Shown piece by piece: positions 53,165-64,000 of a DNA stretch of 64,000 nt. This DNA is from Mytilus trossulus (lineage: Eukaryota): positions 106,020,001-106,084,000 of the forward strand of contig NC_086373.1 in the NCBI RefSeq assembly GCF_036588685.1, read 5' to 3'. Both the position numbers and the translations under genes were made by a program. A model generated the notes under the pieces. That model was given only the letters and a program-made list of their open reading frames with translations, did not search any database and was not told where the DNA came from. Each line of letters opens with the position of its first letter. Within the stretch, counting starts at the first letter, position 1.

Positions 53165-56100
53165 CTACATGAATTGACTACCAGTATCTCCTTCAACATA
53201 ATCTTGTAAACTCTCAAATGGATCTGTATGTGGAGTCCTGCAAGATAAATACTCATTTTCAAAATTCATATTATTTTGACACCTATGATAAATAAATTGC
53301 CATCCAACAATTTCAACAATCCTTCATTAACATATGTTATTAGCTCTGTGACAGCAACTACCTAAGACAGAAAATTAAAATAAATGACAGTTTTCTAGCC
53401 TTACTGAGATGGTTAGAAAACTCTTGTACAGAATGTTCGCACTTTTCTATAGGAAATTAGACTTTATCAGCATACCATTTGGGTTATCATAGTTAAAAGT
53501 TTAAAATCTATTAACTATCAAAAAGACAACCAGTTACCTTTATCTATCTGTTAGTACTATCAGGAGTACAAGATACTACAGTAAACTTTTAAGAGTTCAG
53601 TGGAATGAAACAGTAATAATATCATTTCTCAATTAGTAGAACAGAAAAATATGTATTCAACCTTTGGTTTGGTGTGACTGTCAAAACTGTTACATTGTAT
53701 CTTAATAATTTATAAAAGGTAATGAATGCTACATTGGTTAATATATACAAATTATCTAACCTGAAAAACTATTGTAATATTGTCTTCCTTGACAAAACCT
53801 GTACAGAGTGATATATATACACTTACCTGAGAAAGTTTTGTAACCTCCTTCTTCTTTGGTGTCGTCTGTACAAATATAATGATGTAACAGCCAAAATACA
53901 AAGGGCAACAACTCCAAACAAAACACCAAGAACTACATCTAATGTTGTCGCTGAGAACAACTGACTTTCTTTATATACAACCTCCGGTCCAGAGGATGTA
54001 GTACTGCCTTGTTGGATTTCTGATAAATAAAAATATGTCATTCTTATTCTGAGGATTTTCTATTAATATGTGTGCAGACTACATTCTGTATGTGCCTGTC
54101 TTAGTCAGGAACCAGCAATTCAGTAGTTGTTGTTTGTTGCTGTATTATATATTTGTTTTTCATTCATTATTTTGTACATAAATTATGCCCTTAGTTTTCT
54201 CGTTGGCAAATATACCACATCTTCTTTTTATATTCCAATAACTAAATGTGTGAGGCTTCCAAGAATGTGTCTTGCCTGTTATCTCATAATATAAACATAT
54301 TTACATCTAAAGGCATACCAAATATCAATTATGTCTGTGCAATTAGCACAATCTAGTTCAATGTAACAATCTCACAAGCTGCAATTAAAAAAGATCTTTT
54401 TAAATTTTAAATACAGTACATGTGCAGTGAAAAAAATATCTTCAAGGAAATATAAATAGCCTGTCTGATTAATAAGTATGGTTTTGTCTTTTCAAATGTG
54501 TAGCACAATATACATACATGTAATCATTACCTGTTTTGAATTGAAGTTTATTCGATGATAGAACATCACCGCATTCTACAAATACATTATAATTTGTGTC
54601 TGGTTGTAAATGTAGGATGGTAATATTTGTATGTCCTAAAAAATCTGTCTGATCTACACATTTTTGTTCTTTAGTCACTATTTGAACATAACAGAAACGG
54701 CATGGTAAGTTCAGTGGCTGGTTTGGCTCACCAGGCTTTTTTATCATCAAGGTCACTTGGTTGGTTTGTGTTTCTGTAACTGAGACAACCACTTCAGAGG
54801 CAAATTTGCCAGCTGCAATACATATATATGTCACTGAAAAAATAAAGATAATTTAATGTTAAAGCATGTACATGTATCATATTATTAATTAACTAAAAAA
54901 GTCATGATAGGAGATTTACAAATAATGATATCAGGTACTCATTATAATCAGAGCTACATGTACATGCAAAATATATAGCTGGTCATGATGATAGAGTGGA
55001 TCTGTAAAGTCCTTTTAAACAGATTTATGCAGATAGATGTCCCACAAATTGTTGTTTATTGGCTTATTGCAAAATACAGATTATAAAATTCTGATTTCAT
55101 CAAACATTTTTGGGCTTCCTTAACCATTGTTACTTCACAATAACTAAAACTTACATGATTGTTATTAATAATCAAGTTATTTCACCTTCAAAAGAAAATA
55201 TTCAGAATACAATGTATGTAAATATTTTGCCAAACTTTGAAGACAAAATTAATCGATTATTTATATCATTAAACAATCAATTACAAACACATTTTGGATA
55301 TATTTATTGAAATAGAGCACAATTGCAGCCCAAATTATTCTTGATAGGAGAAAATTAACACATAATCACTAATGGTGCTTGCTCTATGGTATATATCTAA
55401 GCCGAAAAGTCATGATTTCGTGAAATTTTGTCAATTTGCTGCATTAAACATGAAAAGAGCATATTTCAAAACCAATACTGTTATGTTTTATTTCAGTACA
55501 ACGACTTTACATTTAATTGTTCTAATTAGAGATACAATGTACCGGGTACTTGCAGTATAACAAACTTTTGATTGTTCAAGTATGTCATCATGACACAGAT
55601 TCACAAATAGCAAGGTCTATTTTGATTTGAGCGTCACTGATGAGTCTTATGTAGACGAAACGCGCGTCTGGCGTATAAAATTATAATCCTGGTACTTTTG
55701 ATAACTATACAGTCCTTATCACTTTTTGTCCGCCATTATGATTACTGGTCATCACACAGGTTCTCATAAAATTTTGACATCATAATACAAAATATCTGAC
55801 GCCACAATGGAAATGTGATTGTTGAATGGCATCAATAGTTTAAGCGGGACAGATTTTCAGGTCAGCGGGGAATAGCGACCAGGTGTATTGAAATATGGTT
55901 GTTCAACTTCAGTGTGAGCTAAGGCTCTGTGTTGAAGGCTGTACTTCGGCCTATAATGGTTTAATTTTCAAATTGTGACTTGAATGGAGAGTTGTCTCAT
56001 TGGCACTCAGACCATATCTTCTTAAATCTATAGTTTTATGTTCATTGAAAGTTCAAAGAGGAAGAAGAATTTTATAGTTCGAAAAATATCCATCATTATA

Positions 56101-56250
56101 TCTGTGAATCAATTATCTAAAAGTTAGAACTTTATTATATATTATATTGTTAAATGAAATAAATGCTTAGTCATATTTACTACATGTAAATAACTGATGA
56201 ATTTTCTAGATACCTATGAACTGAGTGACACAGAAATTTGAGAATTCCAT
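53165..56250 (-). CDS. Small single-pass membrane protein with one FN3-like domain, 4 exons, 194 aa
   Basis: Exons 56250-56214 (least certain), 54812-54531, 54019-53827 and 53237-53165; GT-AG, phases 1,1,2. The phase 1-1 exon carries ITILHLQPDTNYNVFV (FN3 LxPxTxY motif); TM VVLGVLFGVVALCILAVTSLYLY is followed by RRHQRRRR. Confidence 0.75.
55631..55674 (+). ncRNA. Minimal type-I hammerhead ribozyme within a ~90-bp retrozyme/Penelope-type repeat fragment
   Basis: Stem I gcgtca/tggcgt; core CTGATGA; stem II gtct-tatgt-agac; GAAA; stem III C-G closing a GCGC loop; GTC cleavage triplet at 55666-55668. Confidence 0.9.
55708..55888. mobile_element. Short MITE (tacacc...ggtgta family); inverted second copy at 57763-57925
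   Basis: ttgtccgccatt here versus aatggcggacaa at 57897-57908. The 57763 copy has TIRs tacaccttattgcta / tagcaataaggtgta. Confidence 0.6.
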
Positions 56251-56535
56251 GTTGTTACTTCGTTTGCAGGAATATTTCTATGGAGGTTTATGGTTCTTTT
56301 TAGACATGTTCAATTTAAATTTCACATTGCTGTTATGGTGATGATTTACTGTTGGTATGAATTGTTAGATGCAAGAGACAAGGATTTATGCAAAATTGCA
56401 ACAAACTGCTTTGTTTACTTCCGTTGAGCATACATTCGGAACTTCTCGTTACTGGTCGATTATTTATCTATGATAACTCAAAGTATGTCCCGAGTGTAAT
56501 ATTTTGATGAAATACTGAGAACCAAGTTGTGGTAA
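56251..56535. promoter_or_regulatory. Putative bidirectional promoter / 5' exons of the FN3-TM gene and PLGRKT
   Basis: ETS-like acttccg at 56417; + strand donor-like gtg|gtaatt at ~56531. The PLGRKT ATG exon begins with an acceptor (ttttgtag, ending 59405), implying an upstream non-coding exon. Confidence 0.4.
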
Positions 56536-56844
56536 TTGCAAGGTTATTTTCTGTATGTTGTCATGCTTATTTAGAATATTGCAAAGTTCAATTTCGGTGT
56601 ATCAGATAAAGCAAACCCTATGATATGCAATTACCTTATTGACAAAACAAGGATAATACCCTGCATATCCTGGTGTTATCTCTTGGCCCCAAAACCACTA
56701 AGATCCACCTTTTGACCTTTCACTTTGATCTATTTGTGAAGGCATCTATCTGTCTGAATCTGTATTTCCCACTTTTGAAATTAGGATGGGTAGGTCACAG
56801 ATTCATTTCGGCTATTGTGTGACCGGTTGGTCTGCGCACAATTA

Positions 56845-57390
56845 GTCACGCTTGCTGTAAAATCGCTGACTTTTACTTTTCAGGCTAAGCATATAACATT
56901 TTTTGGCGTTGAAGCGCATACCCCAGTCTTCGGCCCATTTTTCTAGTGATTTGAGATCCTCTTGTAGTTTGTTATGGTCATTTTGGTTTTTGATTTCCCG
57001 GTAAAGCAAACAGTCGTCTGCAAATAGTCGGACTGATGAGTTTACTGCCTCTGGGAGATCATTTATGCGACACAGGAAGAGGATGGGTCCTAGTACCGTT
57101 CCTTGGGGGACTCCGGATTCAACTGAAGCATTTCTTGAGTTTTCTCCATCAAGTTGGACTCGCATTTTTCTTTCCGTTAGGAATGAAGTTAGCCATTTGT
57201 GGATATTTCCTCTAATTCCATATTGGTTTATTGTGTGCAAGAGTCTATCATGAGGTACTGCGTCAAATGCTTTTGAAAAATCCAGAATCGCAATATCTTC
57301 TTGGTTTCCTTTATCGTAGGATTGGATCATATCATTGATTGTAATGGCAAGTTGGGTCTCACAGGAGTATCCAGATCTAAAGCCGTGATT
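56845..57390 (-). mobile_element. CR1/L2-group LINE RT fragment
   Basis: HGFRSGYSCETQL, DFSKAFD, GVPQGTVLGP and FADD motifs. Confidence 0.85.
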
Positions 57391-58429
57391 TTGTCTTGAG
57401 GTGGCGGTCCGATGTAGCAAGGGATATCCTTACTGATTGGATTGGTTATAGTTTATGTTTAATAGATATAGCAAGGGTAATCCTTACTGATCTTGTTTCC
57501 AACAGTTGATTAATGCATGTTTTGTTATTTTCATTAGCCAGACTTTAGCTAGAAGTGGTCCTGGGTGTATCCCGTCAGCGTATAGCCAAAAGCTGAATGT
57601 TTTTCTTGTAGTTGATGTCCTAGTTCTTTTGTTTTTGATTGTTATCTATTCTGTTCTCGCAGTATTCAAAGCTGAAAAACACCATAACTTCCTACTAACT
57701 GCATGTCATATTGATGCCTTACTTCTAACTGACTTTAATCATGCTAAATATGAGGGTGGTAATACACCTTATTGCTAATCCCGACTGACCTGGGGGTCTG
57801 AACTTTTGACGCATTCAACAATCACTTTTCCATCGTGGAGTCAGATATTTTGTTCCATGATGTCAAAATATTACGTGAACCTGTGCGATATCCAGTAATG
57901 GCGGACAAATAGCAATAAGGTGTATGCCCATTATGTATGTCAGGCATCAAACGGTAATTTTCGACTACCTTTAGCTTGACATGTTAAAATTTTACTGTGA
58001 TTCCTCAAAATATCCTTATTGTGATTCGTCAGATGTCTCAAATAATTATCCTTACAGTCAATTTTTGGGAAAAAATAGCGTGATTCATCAAATTCAGCTG
58101 ATTTTTTATCATCTGAAAGAAATTGTATATTTTATCGTCATGCACTAAAAATTACCGTTAACGTCATTTGGCAAAGTTTTTACTGCTATACGTCATGAAG
58201 GTACCCCCATTACTACCCTAAAAAAAGTGTTGCTATTTAACTTTTTAAAAGGGCAGCATACTATAATCACAACAAGTATTTATAAGGGTTCATAAAAGTA
58301 ACATGTATAATAAAATACATGCAAGTAAAGCATGTGGTATAAACTGCTAGTTGTCAGTAGGTGAATGTGGATGAAGGGATTTACCAAATTGAAAGTATGT
58401 AACATTGTTAAAAAAGATAATTGCATATA

Positions 58430-58945
58430 GAACGGAACATATTTTATTTCCAATTAAGGGTCCACAAGGGGCATACAGAGCATACATGAATAAGTAAAAG
58501 GAATATTGATTTGCATAGATACATAGATACAAACACTTTTTACATACAGTAACAATACAATTACTAACTCATATTCACTTTAAAAAATTTACCAACAGCC
58601 TTAAGGACCTGATTGTCTTAATAAATAAATTTATGCTGATTATCAAGTATAGAAAAATTGGAATTCTTTGGCAAACAAAGTCAAAGAGAGCATCTCTATC
58701 TGATTTAAAATCTTCAAAAATGGATTTCATCTTCAATACAGCCAGAGGAGCATTTTTTGCAAATTCTTTCATTTCGTGGAATATTTGAAAAACGTCCAAC
58801 TTCAATTTGAAGCTTATGAGCAGAAATACGTAATTTGCATATAGATCTTCTAAAATCAAAGTCCTTAATTAAAGAAAGATAATTTTCATAACCAAAATTT
58901 TGCTTTAATTTCACAAAATTAAACAGTTTTCCATCAGAAGCTTTA
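58430..58945 (-). mobile_element. LINE 3'-end fragment (RTE-X-like)
   Basis: LRISAHKLQIEVGR...RICKKC...EDEIHF; minus-strand aataaa and short tail near 58430-58448. Confidence 0.75.
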
Positions 58946-59419
58946 TTTTGGCTAGCATATCATATATGTAGCTGTCAGTATTTATTTTAGACATTTTTAT
59001 CAGCCTTATATTATGTTTTATAATTATTTAGACTCTTGTGTCTGAAAAAGATAGTTTATATTTTTTTTTTTATCATGTTGATACCAGAGTTTAATTAGAC
59101 AAGAACTTTAATACATGACTTATAAACTAATATAATACATCCATAATACCTAAACATTATAATCATGAACCTTGACCAATAAATGACAGTGTTCAGCATA
59201 AGATCCAGAACTTTTTGTAAGGAGGGGCCCACTGACTGACCTAAGGGTGGGCCGCTCAAGTCATGCTTCAGTGATTCCCTATATAATCAACCAAATTTTT
59301 CCCACAAAAAGAGGGGGGCAGCCCCCACACCCCACCCCCCTGGATCTGCCTAAAGTGATAAGTTTGCACAATTCAGATAACATTTTTATATTTGTATTTT
59401 TGTAGAATATTGTTTCAAT

Positions 59420-62400
59420 ATGGGATCTGTGATTGGAAAAGCAATGGATGACAATATGAAAAAGCAGCAAGAATTCATGTTGGAGACACAAAGATTAACG
59501 GTAATAAATTAAAAACCTAGACTCATGAATTATATTTGAATTCATTGAGCTTTGAGTTGGAAACATTAAGCTAGGCAAGCTTTTCTTGCGTGTTTCAAGT
59601 AACAAAAGCAAATAATTTTGAAACTGCAAACAACACAACTACACCATGCACACATGTATATTGGGTTTATTCTGTAACATCATGTTTATACAAAAATGCT
59701 AATTTAAACAATGTTCATTTGATTATTGATTTTCTTGTTGGGTGTCTTCAGTATGTTCTGTGGTCAACCAATATTGTTTTGACTTGACACAATACTCAAG
59801 GATACATACTTTAAGTACATGTTCATGTCCATGTAGTAGCAATATTAAGTGGGTCTCATTTAGGGGCTTCTGATCCCGGATCCCGTTACTGTTTTTTCAG
59901 ATTCCTATAACCCCGCTTTCTCTATGTATGCAATTCTCAATTTTTTATAATTTCTCGGGTCCACTGGACTTCATTACCCATTTTCACAGCATAATAATTC
60001 GACTTTCACGTGTCAAGCTTACAAAAAATCAGCAATCCTGTGTCACGCTTAGACCCCAATGAGACCAACTATTAAAGCAAACTTTGGTTTTGTGCTTGTT
60101 GAACCAATCCCAAAGTATTCTGAAGAAATTACTTACCACATTATTGAGGGCAAACACTTTTTGATAGACTATTGTGATACATGTACATGTATGTATTTTA
60201 AAATTCTAACTCATCTTGTGTTAAGCTGTTTCGTAACTGTGTACATTTTTTCCATGGGATAACTGATTTGTGAGTTATTGAGGGGATAACTCTGAAAAAA
60301 ATATTTTGTAGAGACTAACTTCAATCATAGGATGGAAACAATTTTTATAAGATATGTATACATGTAGATGAAGGTATAAAGAGTAGGTGGTCCTTCAATT
60401 TTGTATTCTTCAATTTAATATTACCCATTTTTCTCTATTCTTATTGACTGATTTTACTCTATTCTTAATTTTTTAGGCATTTATTCTGCACATTTTCTCC
60501 ATTATTTCCTTCTTTTTTTATACCCAGATGGGTGGATGTAGAGAGACAGACAGAGGGAAAACAGTATATCCCCTTTTTTTAAATCGGGATATAAATATGT
60601 ATAGTAAATAACATTCACCAAATCAGTCTTTTATCATATTTATAGCCATTTTCTTAATTTAAGATTCAGGGAAATAAATAAAAATAAGATTGCTAAGAGT
60701 GATCTTTTATTTTTTACCATCTAAAAGTACCTGTTGAATCATGGTGACTTACAGTTTGGTATAATATGATACAAAGTTCTGGTTTAATACTTCAGATGGA
60801 AAGACAAATACACATGCAGAACCAGATGAGAGAAAGAATGATGGCCATGCAGATAGCTGGAGCTAGGGATATGTTTTTGTGGTGTGCTTCTTTCTATGCA
60901 GTAGCAACACCTGCAATGATTGTTGGGTAAGTAATAAATATTTAGTATGTAAGCTTTATAAGCAACCAATTCGCTGTTCAAAATTTTAATGCATGCTGGG
61001 GGGAAATATTTCCAAAAGCGTACACTTAGACATTGTAATTGGTTTAAAACGTGATAAACAATAGAAATTCAACCAATGACATAACATTATTTTCCTTTTG
61101 ATATAAGAACAATGAGATTACTCATAGTTCTCTAGATTATGAACACCAAACAGGTGGATTCAGTAATATTATGCTGTGGTTTTCTGTAACGATTTTTTAG
61201 AAAGATACAAGTAAAGAAAGAGTATGGTGACCATATAGAGTACAGAAGCAGGCTATATAGTATTGCTGCTGTTTTTCACAAAAGACTATTTTCAAATTAC
61301 CAATCTTTTGACGCCTGCATATCTAATATTTAGACAGGTTACTTACTCTGTGGCAGGACATCTGGTGCTCTGTCAAGTAAGATCAATTGGGGGGAAAAGT
61401 TATTTGTTTTACGTTTTCTATACACGACTAAATCATCAGGCCATACTAATAAAATGTTCTTTTGGTGTAATTTTTTCAGACAAGTCAGTGTGAGGCCTAC
61501 TGTTGTTGTACATGTAAACATGGAAGTTGCTAAAACAGATAAACTTATTTTGCATTTTATTTGAGTTTTGATTAAAAACGAAATTTTGGGGTATTATATT
61601 AAAAGTTTAGTTGGTTTTGGATACATACATGTTTAGATGCTTTGGTATTTGATACACTTAAGTTTATATATCTTAGTTTAAGTGCACACATGCACATACA
61701 TGATATATTAGTGTAAATGAATATACTGGTAAAAGAAAGTAAAACTGATCATATAGGGGTGTCAATATAAGGAAAAACCAAATTAATTTATATATGCTGT
61801 CCTTCTTTAACTATAAGTAAGCTTATATTATTTTGAGTTTATAGCTCTCATATACTAAGTTTGTCTGTATCTGATAACTTAACACTTTTATATATGTTAG
61901 ATACATTTACTTTGTAAAGGCTCATAGTGTATATAACCTATGTGAGAACATTATGTGAACCAACATTCTTTTAAATTGATTATTTTTACAGAGCAGCAAA
62001 GATGCAGTCTAAAGCACCATTAGCTCCCATCTTGCCTTTGACCTTCCTTGTAGCTTATCAGTATGATATGGCATATTACTCAAAGATAGAAAGAATCAGA
62101 GGTAATATTATTATAGCGTTATTAACTGTCTGTTTCTGCATTGGCCCCGTTATAGATTCAGGGTTAAGAGGTAAGATTATTATAGTGTTATTAACTAGTT
62201 AGTTCTGTATTGGCCCCGTTATAGATTCAGAATTAGCTGTATAAGACCCGAGACTAAAAGAGTTTGTGGCCAATACAGCTAATTGAGAATCTATATTAGG
62301 GCCAAAATAGAAACAGACAATTCATAACACTTTTATTAAATGATTCTGATTTCAATCAAAATAAGAAAAGTACCTTGAAGAAGATACAGAAATTAATATC

Positions 62401-63241
62401 TGAACTTGTCTTTTTACTTTCAAGATGGATTTTTGTGAACATTCTCAGATGCAACTTCTGATTTTTCTGCCAAGTACTTAATCTTATGCATGTAAAATTC
62501 ATTTATTCTAGCAAAATTGAAGGAGATGGGAAGAATAAATCAGACATTTTTACTCTTGGACCTAAATAGTCGTGGTTCTGTTGAATGAATAATGGAAATG
62601 AAATAGTGATAATAATTGAAAGTCATATTCGAAAAAGCTGTAAAATATTTCCATTTTAAGATGTTACAAAACACTGAACACCAACTAAATTTTATGATTA
62701 TAATTTTCGAAAATATAATACAAATCTATCTATGCATAATGATAAGTCCTAATGTTAAGTTAGCTTAGGCGTAAGAAAAATGAATCTGGAAGTCCAATAT
62801 TAGCCCATGGACCAATACAGCTTTTTCCATTTTTGCCCAGTCCGAAAATAAATAAACTCTAGATTTATATCAAGGGGACAACGTCAGCAGTATTTCATAT
62901 ATCATATCATATCATTTCATAAAGATACTTAATCACCTGACCAGAAACAGAAATTGTGCTTTTCCATCCTCATTTTCAATAAGTTTTAGACCAGTTCCTT
63001 ATGGAACAAAAAAAACACTGTGAGAGAAATCATTTGCTTATGAGAGGACAACCTGAAATTGACAGGTTGTATAGTTTATTCTAATATTATTTAAATTTCA
63101 GCTGAGGCTGACAGAATAATGGATGATGAACAAGGATTATTATGTATTCCACATGGTGTTCCTACAATGCAGTCTATAGAGGCAGCCAGACTTAAACAGA
63201 AAGACAAGGAAAGATTGTTAGGAAATGATATCTGGATGTAA
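59420..63241 (+). CDS. PLGRKT: Plasminogen receptor (KT) homolog, 4 coding exons, 153 aa
   Basis: Exons 59420-59500, 60796-60926, 61992-62101 and 63102-63241; GT-AG, phases 0,2,1. Family motifs MGSVIGKAMDDNMKKQQEFM, MERQIHMQNQMRERMMAMQIA, PILPLTFLVAYQYDMAY and EADRIM...SIEAAR. Confidence 0.93.
62184..62331. repeat. Hairpin (foldback) element in PLGRKT intron 3; left arm tandemly duplicated
   Basis: agtgttat...tggccc..tatagattc..aattagctgtat pairs with atacagctaatt..gaatctata..gggcca...ataacact. Confidence 0.7.
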
Positions 63242-63683
63242 ATAAGTCATGTGATTGTCATGTGATTTACAAATCTGTTAGACACAGTTTGTTATTCTAG
63301 ATGAGTTATATGTCTGTCTGGTTGTTGTAAACTGGAACATTCTCTGTGCTCTGTTAGATTTTATATTTATATGCACTTTATATGAATGTTTGAAGGGAAT
63401 ATATGTAATTGATGAAAGGAAGCATCATTTTATGAAAAGTATATGTATGTCCTTTTTTAAAATGTATAGTGCCATTTAACTGGTGTGGTGTAATAATCAA
63501 AGTATTTGCAGTGAAATTAAGTCTCCCTTACAAAGTTTGGTGACCTCTAACCCCTCATATTATAAGTATTTATTTTCAAAAAATCTACTTTGATACTGTT
63601 TTGAGAAATTTCATTTCTTTTAAATTCAACTAATTTTTTTCTAAATCTACATTTTGTTTTTCTCAATTTACTGACAATATCTT

Positions 63684-64000
63684 TTTATACGACCGCAAAA
63701 TTTGAAAAATTTTCGTCGTATATTGCTATCACGTTGGCGTTGTCATCTGCATCGTCGTCCGAATACTTTAAGTTTTCGCACTCTATCTTAAGTAAAAGTG
63801 AATAGAAATCTATGAAATTTTAACACAAGGTTTATGACCACAAAAGGAAGGTTGGGATTGATTTTGGGAGTTTTGGTCCCAACAGTTTAGAAATTAGGGG
63901 CCAAAAAGGGCCCAAATAAGCATTTTCTTGTTTTTCGCACAGTAACTTTAGTAAAAGTAAATAGAAATCTATGAAATTTTGACACAAGGTTTATGACCAC
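63684..64000 (-). mobile_element. HINE-like element 3' end with internal tandem repeats, runs off the window
   Basis: T-run, stem-loop atacgac...gtcgtat, (gtc)n-like tract, then ~160-bp repeats (gtaaaagt.aatagaaatctatgaaatttt.acacaaggtttatgaccac twice). Confidence 0.65.

Noticed and set aside
56206-56213. Possible U12-type intron (donor GTATCT)
   Set aside because: It reads GTATCTAG, not GTATCCTT, and no U12 branch point was seen.

Overview
AT-rich, repeat-dense animal genomic DNA with spliceosomal GT-AG introns, not prokaryotic. The repeat types (Helentron-associated elements, a minimal hammerhead repeat) suggest a bivalve mollusc, probably a Mytilus-like mussel (inference). Five host genes can be reconstructed. 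SF3B5 is intronless (+, 19051-19308). TBPL1/TRF2 has 5 coding exons (-, 37071-27831, 272 aa). An uncharacterised ~371-aa ORF lies at 46695-45580 (-). A 4-exon gene encodes an FN3-like single-pass membrane protein (-, 56250-53165, 194 aa). Head-to-head with it is PLGRKT (+, 59420-63241, 153 aa). The rest is decayed LINEs (CR1-like, RTE-X-like, RTE), a deleted Gypsy element, many MITEs with readable TSDs, HINE-like elements and minisatellites. Top observations: (1) an intact minimal type-I hammerhead ribozyme at 55631-55674; (2) a 69-bp duplication giving PLGRKT a second in-frame splice donor that would add a hydrophobic 23-aa segment; (3) a chain of uORFs in frame with the TRF2 CDS; (4) a four-level nested insertion whose two LINE TSDs are intact; (5) a 1.16-kb near-perfect palindrome upstream of TBPL1. 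I found no clearly novel multi-gene system. All family assignments come from motif recognition, not database searches.
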